The notes under the pieces were generated by a model. The model had not been told where the DNA came from. It did no database searches and worked only from the letters and a program-made list of their open reading frames with translations. Below are positions 38,217-50,300 of a stretch of 63,859 nucleotides of DNA, piece by piece. The stretch comes from Saccostrea cucullata (Eukaryota), in the NCBI RefSeq assembly GCF_032062105.1, contig NW_026930674.1, forward strand, positions 372,001 through 435,859, in the 5' to 3' direction. Each line of letters starts with the position of its first letter. Position 1 is the first letter of the stretch. A program made the position numbers and the translations under genes.

Positions 38217-41200
38217 AAACAACGACGACGACGACAACGACGACAGACAACGGACAAATTTTGATCAGAAAAGCTGTGGCCATTAAAAATGTGGCCATTA
38301 AACAATTTACAAGTCTCTTTTAAAAAGTCATTATTTTATGAAAAATACCATATGAAACCTTGTTTATTAAAATACTGAATACAAACAGCACTGCAATAAA
38401 AACATAAATTGATTAAAATTGCCAGATCGTGATCAAACGGAACATAATTGATACAATTTTAATTTCAAGTCATAATTGAAAATCATGTGATTTGCCCATG
38501 AAGTTTAAAAGTGCTTTAAAGAAAGAAAACAACAGTTTGGGTGTTAGTAAATGTACCAGAATAAATGATGCAGTTTTTGCAGAAAAAATGCATAACCTGC
38601 GTAAGTGGGTTACATGTATATATGTAGACCCGTAGGAAGCAATTTCGGTTTCGTGGAGCCAAACATTTTCAGTTGGGGACACTAGCAATCACCCGAAAAT
38701 TTGTTTAACACTTAAATAAAAAATGTCATGAGACGTTATTAGTGTATGGTAGAGCTCTATGCTTTCCACATAGTGATTTATACATATGCAAAATTAGGGC
38801 GGGGGTGGGGGACCGCCCTCACCAGCCATGCGATAGCTGCAACGTTAATTCTCAAACTAAAAAACAAAGAAAGTCTTTTTTCTATATTTATAATCATTTG
38901 AAGTAGAATTTAGTTGAAAATATATTGTAATATTTTTGATAAATATGTCTACATTGTATAAATACGTTTCGTTGATGGAACAGTCACTGCTCAAGGAATA
39001 TGCACAGGTGATCTGCTTAGTGTTGTATACTGAGTATTAATACTGACTAATACGGAAATGATATTCTTTTAAAGAAATAGAGGAGGAAAATATATATTGG
39101 TTGTAAATGTATTTATGTAGTTTATTTAATTCTTCTAGTAAATAGCATATTGAAATCGTCAGTTTCTTTGCGAAATATAAAGGGTCAGACAGTGCATAAC
39201 ACGGGTTCGAATCTCACTGCAGGACGTAAATCGAAGCACCGTGTCACGGAAGACTTTGACACGACCTCACCACACAATGCATGGCCCTGGGTACTGAGAA
39301 TAGGTCTAAATTCACAGCCCCTCACCGAGAGGTGGTGGCGAGGTGAAATATTCTAGAAAGGAACGTACATCCCCCCCCCCCCCGCGGAAAAAAAGACATA
39401 CTTTATAGTATCAGAAAGAGTGAACAGAGCAGGTATAAATTCCATTGTTTCATTACAGGAATTTTCCTTGAAATCTTCCCTCCGAGGGGGGGGGGGGGGT
39501 GCTTGTAGCGAAAATTGATAAAATTGTACATTAGAGACCAGCATAACGCAACGGTTTTTGTGAACTCAAGATGTTTACAAAATATTAAATAAACGTAATG
39601 ATTTACATTTTAAAGCATTTAATCCACCTATATTCAGGCGATCTTCAGCCCTTGGGTATTTTCTGTTTTTTTTTATGAGCAACTGGCAGAGCAGAAAAAG
39701 CCATGTGTTCTCATACAAGACATACAGAGAATTAATTTGACCCTATATTCATATTGGAGAACGACTGATTTTTTTTTTCATTTTCAACTACAGACTGAAG
39801 AAAGAACCTGTAAAACACGCTGTCATTGATACACAGACGATATAATTACATACATACGACAATTATTATCTGAGAAGCCGACAGACAACCTACATGTCAT
39901 AGACTACATGTGTCCACTTCTCTACAGAGAATAGTACAACAGGGAAGTATAATTATTATAACTGACAAAGAGATGAATTACCACTGGATTTTGGGGATAG
40001 AAGACATCCTCTGAGTTTTGTTTGCTGAGTGTTGGTACATGGATTTTGAAATCCTCACATTTCATGGATGGACTGTTCATGCAGGAGACGGTTGAACGTC
40101 GGCCACTATGTCTCACTCGATTTATAAGTGTGGCGAATGTTCTCCTTTTTTGACGGCCACTTGACGTCTGCGAAACACCGTCTATGACGTCACCGTCGCT
40201 TTGACTGCGTAATTTCATGTCATGTTCTTTAGAGGGCACTCCAAGAAAGGAACTAGAATCCAGACTCACGCTTTTTAGCGCCGTTGCTTTGGGGGTCTCG
40301 GACACAAAAGGATGACCATCTTCATCAGCACCACGGTATAACTCGGTCCGTACATCGGCGCTACGTGAACCTCTTATGCGTTCTAAGTTCGAATCCCACT
40401 CCCGTTCATCGTCTGTCTTTGAGGCCGTAAATTTCCACGGAACACTGAGAAGTCGTGTTCTCATACACATCCCACTGCGGTACTTGCTATTTCTCATAAT
40501 AAACTGTCAATACACTTCTTTGGAGTTTTATTTAATTTTTTATGCCTCAGAAAACGCACTTTAAATATCAGTGAAATCCTTTTTGGTTCAATAGAATGTT
40601 GAAACATAAAATTTAAAATCAGTGCTTTTAACTGCCTTTTCTTCGATACATATAATTGTATAGTTTTAAGAGTAAGAATTTGCTATTTATTACTCAATAA
40701 GTGACAATGACGTATACAAGATACTGATCACATGCTCTTTCTTTGTACAGAAGTCCGTGAATGAAACTACTGCACGTTTACCTTGATATCATTTAAAACA
40801 CTTCATACCGAATAAATATATTAATTGATTGACAGTCCATATATTTCATATACTTGTATTTTCTAAATGAGATGCCAGCTGTATTCATGTAGAGATATTA
40901 TCATTTTACCCTAAAAAGGTCAATATAATTCATACTGCGTCATATTTTTACCCAGATTGTTTAATATAACCTCATTTAGCAATAATATATATCAAGCAAA
41001 AACATCCTAATTATTATTTGTATGGACATAAAAGTACACCACAAGTTTAATTTCAATTTGAAGGATAGCCTTCGATGGCTTTGATTCTTCAACCGGTCTT
41101 GTCTTGATACAACCGCTTTGCTTTTCAGGAAGACGATTCTTTATAACACCAGTCATTTAAACAGACAAACAAACAAACAAAAAAATACATAAATATAAAG

Positions 41201-41906
41201 AACTTTGATTATTAAAAACATGTTGACAGAAATCAGTAAAATTCCCAATCAACATTAGGAAGGGTAAAATGTGCTGGTACTAGGGTTTTTATCACCCTCT
41301 TTTTAACGTAATATAACTATTTTTTATGAAACTGTTATATTTTGGAGGAATGGGGGAGGGGGAGGGGAATTAGAACGAGACTACCAAGAATGAAACACAG
41401 CAAGATCAGCCTCTTGCTGGCAATGAATATGTACATTTCAAAGCTTGTTGGTAAGATTTCTAATAAAACATTAATTAATCATAATTATTGTAATTTTTTA
41501 ATTTACCGGGTGGTAGTAAAAATTTTGTCATATTGTAATTTTTGTATTTACTAACATCCGATAAATTTAAAAATTAAAATATGTCACACCCTCAAAATTA
41601 CATATACCAGAATAATTCAAATTTGAAACATTTCTCTCGTTTAAAGGTAAAAATATAGCACGGGTACATCGACACAGGCCGGTGTATGCACAGTGACGCA
41701 ACGTGTGAAGTTGCAATAAATAGCGATGATTTAAAACTGAATACTTGCGCAATCGTCTCAGCAAAGTTGAAACAAAATCCTATTCATAAACGCAATGTAA
41801 AACCATATTTGTTATTTGTATCGTGAAAAAGAGTTTAACTCACCCCGGTTGAATACAGAAGTCTAAGTTTGTTCCCTGGTTTGTATAGAAGGTCGATGTT
41901 CATCAT
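24333..41906 (-). CDS. BAIAP3: BAIAP3 / Munc13-4 (UNC13D)-like C2A-MUN-C2B vesicle priming and tethering protein; central exons disrupted in this sequence
   Basis: Alternative first exons 41906-41844, 40497-39982 or 34824-34537. Then 34366-34259, 33075-32952, 32756-32546, 31756-31649, 31323-31242, 31070-30957, 30841-30752, 30580-30480. A garbled zone at ~30200-27390 includes 28865-28657, 28497-28337 and 28178-~28080. Then 27136-27032, 26803-26522, 26354-26214, 26087-26055, 25939-25775, 25635-25542, 25417-25255, 25075-24859 and 24479-24333. MUN motif LNNIEHVR, C2B motifs DHSGLSDPYV and DHDKIGSDDFAGE. BAIAP3 versus UNC13D orthology cannot be resolved here. Confidence 0.8.
31950..32553. repeat. 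~60-bp minisatellite containing the exon end and splice donor of the Munc13-4-like exon 32756-32546
   Basis: The unit gattactgaatgttgactgattattaatccatcagtaagctcttacagttggaactgcaca occurs in about 4-5 copies and is split by a MITE. Confidence 0.85.
32031..32391. mobile_element. PIF/Harbinger-like MITE
   Basis: TIRs ggcctagaaaaaaaaatatgtttgtttccgc / gcggaaacaaacattttttttttttctaggcc, flanked by tta and ttg. Confidence 0.75.
34537..34824 (-). CDS. Alternative first coding exon (proximal) of the Munc13-4-like gene
   Basis: ATG, 96 codons of Ser/Arg-rich sequence, phase-0 donor gag|gttctg, in frame with exon 34366. Confidence 0.7.
37096..38300 (+). mobile_element. HINE with ~165-bp satellite array (deletion-riddled copies)
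   Basis: 5' end aacaagaggcccaggggccacagtgctcacctga, satellite units, a (GAC)n tract and gatcagaaaagct. Confidence 0.85.
39195..39368 (+). mobile_element. tRNA-derived SINE fragment
   Basis: B box gggttcgaatc and a SINE-like tail gtgaaatattctagaaaggaacgta. Confidence 0.5.
39982..40497 (-). CDS. Alternative first coding exon (middle) of the Munc13-4-like gene
   Basis: 172 codons, relatively GC-rich and likely disordered, phase-0 donor gtg|gtaatt. Confidence 0.7.
41844..41906 (-). CDS. Alternative first coding exon (distal), MMNIDLLYKPGNKLRLLYSTG
   Basis: ATG, 21 codons and a consensus phase-0 donor ggg|gtgagt. Confidence 0.5.
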
Positions 41907-42582
41907 GAAATGGTCAATCGGTCGTAGTGAATCGAACAAAATTTGTTTTCAATTTGTTGTACGTATACCAGCAGATTTTAAAAAGTTAAGTTGTAGATTT
42001 ATTCTGCATGGCTTACATGCAAAATAATTCGTTTAACCTAGAGGCTTAAAGTAGTACACCAGATACCGCCATTTATAACGGTTTACAGAATTAATGCGTA
42101 AAATAAAGCACGGGTCACAAATTTTATCAAATTGCTGCATTTAGAGAAATTCGAGAATTTGAAGCATTACTGGATTACAATAAATTTATTGTCATTAACT
42201 GGGTTTATGTACGCTACACTCAAAGTCGTACAATGTTAGCAACAATGACGTAGCATCGTTTTTGAAAAAGTGTGGGGGGGGGGTGCAGTCAGAGATTTTT
42301 TTTTTACTTACCTGTAAAAAGTTGACGAGCAAAAAAGGGGGAATTTTCCGAAGTCGAAAATCCTACAGTATTTCGGGGGTGGGGGGTGTAGAGGCCAACT
42401 TTTTTTTCAACACAAATTCCTTTCAGTATAAAATTATCTTCTTCCCTTCATACAATTACTACATTATCCTTATATCATTTTACTTTAGCCCCCCCCCCCC
42501 CCCCCCCCCCCTTGCTACGTGCCGGAGCAGTCTTTATACCGAGTCTGTACGGAATTTAAAATAAATGCAAATCACTGTTCAT

Positions 42583-42722
42583 TTATTGACTGAGTTCGAG
42601 GGCAACATACGTTTTGTCGGACCCAAGAACCAAACTATCTGCGTGAACCCGTCAGTCCGAAGGCAGACAATTTGGTCCGAGGGTCGACAAAAGATATTTT
42701 TCCCGAGAACTCGGTCAATAAA
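42583..42722. mobile_element. Palindromic repeat element (possibly Crypton-like non-autonomous)
   Basis: Hairpin ttattgactgagttcgagggcaacatacgttttgtcggaccc..gggtcgacaaaagatatttttcccgagaactcggtcaataa. Confidence 0.5.
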
Positions 42723-43932
42723 GTTTTTTTTTTTTGATAACTTTCATTTCATTTTAATTTTTTGGCATACATGCATTTTGTACTGCCTTCCGTGATGAAA
42801 CATCAGACCCGTCACTGTTGAATTCCAATGAATGAAAACAACATCTCACCGACCGACCTAACATCTCACTCACCGGTCAAACATCGATTTTTTTATGCCC
42901 GCTCAGCAAAACATAAGAAATGGTAGGCTTTTTTGGTTAGCTTTGTACATATAGGAACAAATTCTTAAAGGTATAACAAATGTAGATATTATTACAAGGA
43001 TAATAAAGCCTTGTAAGTCGATCCATGATCTATCGACTTCAAAGAAAGCACATCAAACACACAGGAATGACCAAATGAAAGGACATTTGTTATATATACA
43101 TGTTACATGTAATATCTTATTTGAGATAAATAAGAGACAGTCCTCTATGTTTCAATTATATTCACCTTGAATGTTGAAACATTTTTTTGTATTTCCCCAG
43201 AAGGTTGAGTAATTCAGTACAGAAAACATATAATTTAAAATAGCATCTGACGTAGAGAAAAACATCCAAATTGTTGAAAAACAAAATAAATTTAACAAAA
43301 CACATCGCAAATATGAATCTGAAAATGTAGAAAAGGGGATGCACCTGTATGGTAGATAAATATTCCATGCATTTTCAAAGTTACACATAGGAAGGAATCC
43401 GGCAATATAGAAGCAAAGGGAAATTACTATATATATTATAAGCTACTTTGATTTAAACCTTCATTTTCAATCCATTTTTGTAACGTAAGCATTAAATTTT
43501 CTTCAAAAAATCCCTTCCTACCTACCGAACAAATATTGAAAAAAAAATATAAACCCCTGAATCTTCGATTACGGGTGCAAAAAATTTATCTTGACATTTT
43601 AAAGATGGCCTTAAAGAAACATACGGAGATAGATGGGGTACATACTGATGGACTGAGGCACAAAAACCAAACTCTATCACGTAGTAAGGCACGTGTATGG
43701 ATATAAATAACAACTTTACACGTGAGTTTTATTAATAAATTAATTATCAGTTTAATCGTATCGCCCAATTATAATCAACAAACAGCATAATTTTGCTAAC
43801 ACGACAACATCCACCTATTATGAAAATACCGACTTCCAATTGGTCGAAACCAACCCCAAACTCCCCCGTTTTTTCCTTGTAATAATCTGACTTTCATGAA
43901 TTCTTCCTTTGATCTACTTCACAATCATAATC

Positions 43933-45297
43933 TACAAAAGCCCATTGGGCTCATTTTCGTAGGTTAAAAAAATAAAATCATCGCGTTAAAATGCGAAACT
44001 TTCGCTATATAAAACGAAACTTTCGCGATATAACGCGAAACTTAATAAATTCCTCAGAAATTTCCCCCAGAAGATGTCCTGGAGAAATGATGCGAGAATA
44101 GAATAGATTAGTCATCACAATTTTTTTTTCAAAACCCTACCAATTAATAAAGTGAATTTTACTTTCTTGTTCAAGTATTTCAGTTGTTAAATTAAAAAAA
44201 ATTCTTTAGACTGATTATTTTATTGAAGGAAAATCTGTACTTGTCACTTTCTCAAGCTGATTTTTCTCATCAGTAACATTCACTACATCTGTACCCTAAG
44301 TAAATTTAGCAATCCGTCATTTTAAACTAGAAATTATATCCTGTAGAAACATAGCTTAAAAGTGAGTGAACAATGTGTCATTTCAAGAGCTTAACGTGCC
44401 ATATGATGTTTTTTTAAAAGTAATAACTGGTATTGTTAATTACAAATTGATCGAGAAAGGGGGGTCTACTTTTCTTAATTTTTCTTCAATATTTATATAT
44501 CTGAAGGGTTATTGTAAAGTTCGTGGACTAGCGCCATAAATCAAAACTATTAAGGAATACAGGAAAGAGATTTTACACTTTGTATTACCGGTAATTGTCA
44601 AATAAAAATTAATGTTTTCGTAAGCAATGGAATGACCACGTGGCGCAACCTCAAAATACGATGTATTTCTACAGTGAATCTAACAAAGACAAATGAAAAT
44701 TTGCCATCCAATTTTTACCCATGTAGTGGGACACAATTGACAAATTTACCTATTTTGTCAATTTTCTGAAATCTTAATCTAATTCTTAACTATTTTATTT
44801 CAAATTCTCTTAAGAGTGTATAAAATAGACATCTGAAAGGGTCGATTTTTTCCCGAAATTCATAATCATAAAGTTTAACTTTTGAAAAACTCGCATTAAC
44901 TTTGAATGGTTTGAACAGCGTTGAGAAAGACAAAATGTGACTGTAATATGGATTAAACAGCAATAAAACTTAAAATTGTAGTTGTGATGGTCCAAGATCA
45001 AAATGACCTTTTTTGCTTTTCTTTGTGATGAATAAACTAGATCACAAAATCAAAATAAAGTTAAGACATATGCAAATGTCTTGATTAAACAGCAAAAGTT
45101 TCGTGTTATAACGCGTAAGTTACGCTTTATATCGTGAGAGCTTTGGGTCATATCGCGGAACTTTTGCTGTTTAATTAAATAAATAATTTTTTCGCGTTAT
45201 ATCGCGAATGTTACCCGTTTATTTGCGAAAGTTTTGCGTTATAACGCGAAAAAATTATTTTTTTAACCTATGAAAATGAGCTCAATAGGCTTTCGTA
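43933..45297. mobile_element. ~1.36-kb non-autonomous DNA transposon with long TIRs and subterminal tandem motifs
   Basis: tacaaaagcccattgggctcattttcgtaggttaaaaaaataa / ttattttttaacctatgaaaatgagctcaataggctttcgta, with repeated tcgcgttatatcgcg-like motifs on both arms. Confidence 0.75.
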
Positions 45298-45392
45298 ATA
45301 ATCTAAGCAATCGATTTTATAGGTTATTTTAGCGAGATTTAAAGCTAGGGTCGAGTATGTTTTTCTCTTAGACAAAACCCCCATTACCCAGT

Positions 45393-45469
45393 GTTTTTGG
45401 CTCACCTGAGCCGAAGGATCAAGTTACTATAAAAACTTTTCTTTATCAAAATATGTACCTTGTCTGTCT

Positions 45470-45501
<32 letters not shown>

Positions 45502-45597
45502 ATAAAGAGCAACCGGCAGACGGACAGACAGACGGACGCCAGACAAAATGTGATCAGAAAAGCTCACTTGAGCCTTTGGCTCAGGTGAGCTAAAAAT
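45393..45597. mobile_element. Inverted fusion of two HINE 3' ends
   Basis: The left part is the minus-strand HINE end (ggctcacctgagccgaagg). The right part is the plus-strand end (gagcctttggctcaggtgagctaa). Confidence 0.7.
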
Positions 45598-45761
45598 CAA
45601 AACTGCTCAGTTTAGGTTGAAAATGGAGTATTTATCACTTGAACTGTTGGTGACCACATATCTATTGCACATGACGTAAGTTTCCTCTAGTCAATGTATT
45701 ATGACGTCAAAAAATGCGTCATTTTTCCAATATCCTGTAAATTCCTTTGAAAATGTCTTAA

Positions 45762-46645
45762 GGTAAGTCACTCCTGAAATTTGTTATATCAACGATTTTT
45801 TGAGAAGTATATTTTGGATAAGTATAAAGTGTAACTCAAAATCGCAAAGAAAATAGGGGGTATTTCATACATTTAACTTGACCTTTTTGCACTTAAATTT
45901 CATCTCTTTAGTTAATTACTTAAACCCTTATCATATTTTATCAGATGTAAGCATGGCAATAAATATAATGTTATTTTACGTAAAATAGTCTGAATAATAT
46001 TTATCATTAAACAAATCTTGCAAATTAATGCGCGTAAATTATTGTGTGACCTTTTTGCACTAAAAAATAAATATTTGGGGTATTAAAAAACTTAATAGGC
46101 AATAAAAAATTTTCTTATATCAAACTTTTTACGACTGAAGTGCTGATCAGTCACAAGTATTGAGTAGTTTAAGATAATGAAAGAAAAAGATGGGGTCAGT
46201 GATGTTAATTTTGAAATATTTGTCAAAATATGTGATTTTCAGGCGAAAAATGGTGTAAATTTGATCTTGACTTCTTTAATACATTTTCATTTTTTGGAAA
46301 AGTTTGTTGAGGGAATCATCCAAAAATATAAATTAAGACCTATATTAAATATTTTTAGCAATATCAAAACAGAAAATACGAGTAAAATTATGTGAGGCTA
46401 AATTTTTACATTAAATTTTATAAATGTGCAGATTTGCAGAAGTTTCTGCTAAATATCCTTCCACCAAAAAAAATAGTCCCTCATAAATTTTGCTTCTTTG
46501 TAGATTTTTGAGCAGTTTTTTCGTTGAATGTTAAAAAATTTACATTGTTGAATTCAAATATGTTATAAAAATCGAATTTTAATAAGTAGTTTTGAATTAA
46601 ATGCTTCTGCGTAAACTTTTATAAAAAGCTGACGAGTGACATACC
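45762..46645. mobile_element. Kolobok-like non-autonomous DNA transposon
   Basis: TTAA TSD on both sides with TIRs GGTAAGTCACTC / GAGTGACATACC. Confidence 0.75.
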
Positions 46646-47385
46646 TTAAGTTGAAGTATTTCTTCAATATTTCATATAGAGCACAGCCTCTGATCCAAAA
46701 TATGCAATTTCATACTGAAAGATCTGTTTCTGAAGATTAAAAAACATGTACCCCAGTATTAATTTTTGGATCCTGGGCTGTGCTCATCTTTTAATCATTT
46801 GCTGAAGGTAGTCAAATACATGTGTTTTCTGCAATATTCAAGAACATTGCATTTTCTAAAAGCTTGTTTTCCAATACTCAGATTCTCAAAAAGTAAACTT
46901 ATTACAGGAAATAAAAGCACTAAGTCTCTTCTTTATTTTGATAAATGAAATAGGAAAGAGGGTGATAGATTAATTGATTCAAGGACAAGGCCATTTTTGC
47001 ATAAACTGAACCAAGCTCTTTAAAAAGCTGTTATTTTTCATTTTAACAATGTACTTGCTAAAATATGGGAAAAGAATTTTTGAAGATTTTTATGCATTTT
47101 CACTAACTGCTCAATACAGCCCCACCCTAACACCAGAGCCCCAGAAAACTCACAAACAAACAAAATGCCCTGCTTCCTGGAGGTTCATTATATAGCAGTG
47201 CAATAAATCACGTCGTCATGAATTTCAAAGTATAATTAACAACTATACTAATTTATTAAATATTTACAATCTGTTATTTGATATATTATAAATGCTTTCT
47301 GCAGTCTTTCATAGTACATGCACTCCGAATCTTGTAAAAATAGTCAAGAATATTGCACTTTTGGCCCCACTTCAAACAACTGCTG

Positions 47386-50300
47386 TTAGAATGGATTTAA
47401 ATGTACAGGTGAACACTTCTCCATCACAGAATCAAGTAATGAAGTACCAGTTATTATTTTAGAAGTGGCTATCACATAGTCTGTACCTCCTGAAATAAAT
47501 AAAAAAAAGATATAAAAATTGTATTGCAATAAGTTACAAAGGGCAATAACTCCAAAGATTTTGTTGAAAAATCAATATTTCCTTTTCTATTTTTTTCTGT
47601 GTGATAACATTTCTTATTGTTTTCTCTGTGATTACTAGTATTCTTTGAAAGTAGGGGGTATTGATTTCTTGATAATTCAACTGGAATGTAAATGAGTTAT
47701 GGAGGCCTAATACTTGGTATTCATGTTAATCTCCTGCAGCTGTGTCCGACATCAGTGGGCATCTATTGAAATTACCAGGTAACATGGGAGGCCTCATGTA
47801 ATTTCAATCTATTTGATGATATCATTTTAAAATTTAAATTTACAATTTTATTTCACAATGAAATATAAATACAAGGAATCACTGTCTACAGGGTTACACA
47901 GGGTTATTGCGAATTCACGGATATAGCAAAGTTATCTGGAATCTCCAGTGAATTCCTTATACGGATATAACGAATTACAGATATAGCAAAGTAATTTCAT
48001 AGGTTGCAGTGACTTTGTTATAACCGAGTTTTACTGCAGACAATAATATGTACTTGTTACTTTTCTTGTGATTACTTACTTCCGGGGGGTGGGGTGGAGA
48101 AGCAAGGTTTGGTGTAATATATATAACAAGGGTCATGCTTTCTGCTAGGGCTGGTACAATACACAATACAATACAATACAATAATTTCTATAGCGCATTA
48201 TAATAATGACACTCTAGTGCGCTTCACATTAAAATAGATATAAGCTTACAAACTGGCGAACAAATTACTTTAAAAAATACATGATACATATTTGTGCATA
48301 AAAATAGGATATCTAAAAGACTTTATGTGTACTAAAAGGCCATAAAAAATTACGTTGCGTGGGAGTCACTCTAAAAAAATTACAACTTATGAAACATTTT
48401 AAAAAATAATAATAATAAATATTAAAGGAACCTGTACTCGATCTACGAAATAAAAAATATTAAAAACTTTAAGATCAGTTCAGTGTCCTTTTACATTAGG
48501 TATATATATATATCACTATAAAAACAATATTTACATTCCCTTTACATATTTACAATATCCCAGTTTTTTTGTGATGCACACTGTCACAATGTCAGGGGTC
48601 CTGAGTCCATGGACATGGGGTCTACAACCATGAGTGGACTCAGGACACCTGACATTGTGAGGATTTTCAATATGAGTTTTATCTTTATTGATATATTAGG
48701 TCCTGGCATCAGAATATGAAACAAACTTTAGACTGCTTTTATTCCTGGAAATAAAACTCTAAATTAATTATAAAGAGATATCTTGCCAGCCATTTTATTT
48801 TACTGATTTTGCACCAATAGATAAATCTTTAAACATTTCAGAGAATAACATCCACATTCAGACATTACTTCCTATAGCATAAAAAAATTTTAAAAGATGA
48901 ACATTCTTTAAAATTATTTTTCCTAAATTGTTTGATATAAATTCTGAGTTCTTTTCTCATAAAAGCTGAATAAAAATACACATATGCATCACTTTCACTC
49001 TATTACTGATTTGCTTTTTAGATATTATTGCAGAATATTGTCTAAGCCCTTATATTGTGGTGCAGGTTATGCCACAATGCTGTTGATAAGATGAGAAGTG
49101 TGTGATGAAGAGTGGCATGTAATGGTGATCAGGGTCAATGAAATGTTTTACCAGACATGCAGTTTGATATTGAGTCACAGTTAAGGAAAAGCTTCCATCA
49201 AGGAGTTCACTAATGATGTTCCAGTGATTATTTTTGTGGCATAAACAAGATATTCACATCCTGCTGCAATTCAAAGTGGATCTTCCTTTAAGAACTGTTT
49301 ATCACGTAATACATGTACATGTACTTTTAACATTATCGGGATTTCTGTAAACCAGCTATTATTTAAGAAAACTGTTATTTGTACATTGACAGTAACTCAT
49401 TTGTCAAACTGAAATTAAATTTTAATTTTCACATCTGGACAGGAAATTTACAGTCCTACCTATATTTGCTTGCAATAATAATTATTTGTTAAATAAATTA
49501 GGATGAACAACTGAGGGAAATTCCTAAAAACAAAAATTGGTTAACAGTTTGTGCAATTAATCATCAATAGTAATCTTATCACAACAAAATACTTACTTTT
49601 TGAAAATCAGAAAAAATATTAATCAGAATCAGAGAAAATATATATCACACGTTAAAGCTGATCGAGGCATAAGAAAAATGATAATGTTATTCTTCAGATA
49701 TCAGTGATATGCTTTTGAGATCGGTGTAAAGAGTTTACACACACGCATCCAAGTTTCATAATCTTCTGTCAATGACTTTTGGTCAGGATCATACCCCCCG
49801 AGATGAATTTGTGTGTTTCAATATTTAAAAACAAGTTTATAGCAAATAACATCAAACTTTCGTTAATGGTTTTAATATGTTTTCACCTTGAACCAAGAAA
49901 TATTGGAAAATTGACTAGATACAGAGAGCAACTGATACCTATTGTATAACAATTTCAGTCAACCCTGTTGATTTGTTGAGCCAGGTTTTCATTAACTTTC
50001 ATCCCTGATCATAAGTTATAACCACATTTTACTTCTCTGAATTCTTTAGAAAAAAACTTTTCTGCCATTATGTTTAAATTAAGAATATGAAAAACATTCA
50101 CATTTATAAATGTAACCTTTATGGCATTATAACGTTCTTGTGATTTTTTAACAACAAAGTTATATGAAATGCACAGGAAATGTATAAATTCACTAAGTCA
50201 AGTATTAGATACTACTACAGTGTATCGCTATGTACTTGTAAAATTACCAACAATTTATCAATTCAGACATCTTAATATCTTACATCTGTAACTTACCATC

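Noticed and set aside
47700-47800. Possible third VPS33A terminal exon
   Set aside because: The candidate acceptor gives an immediate stop and no similarity to the other two last exons.
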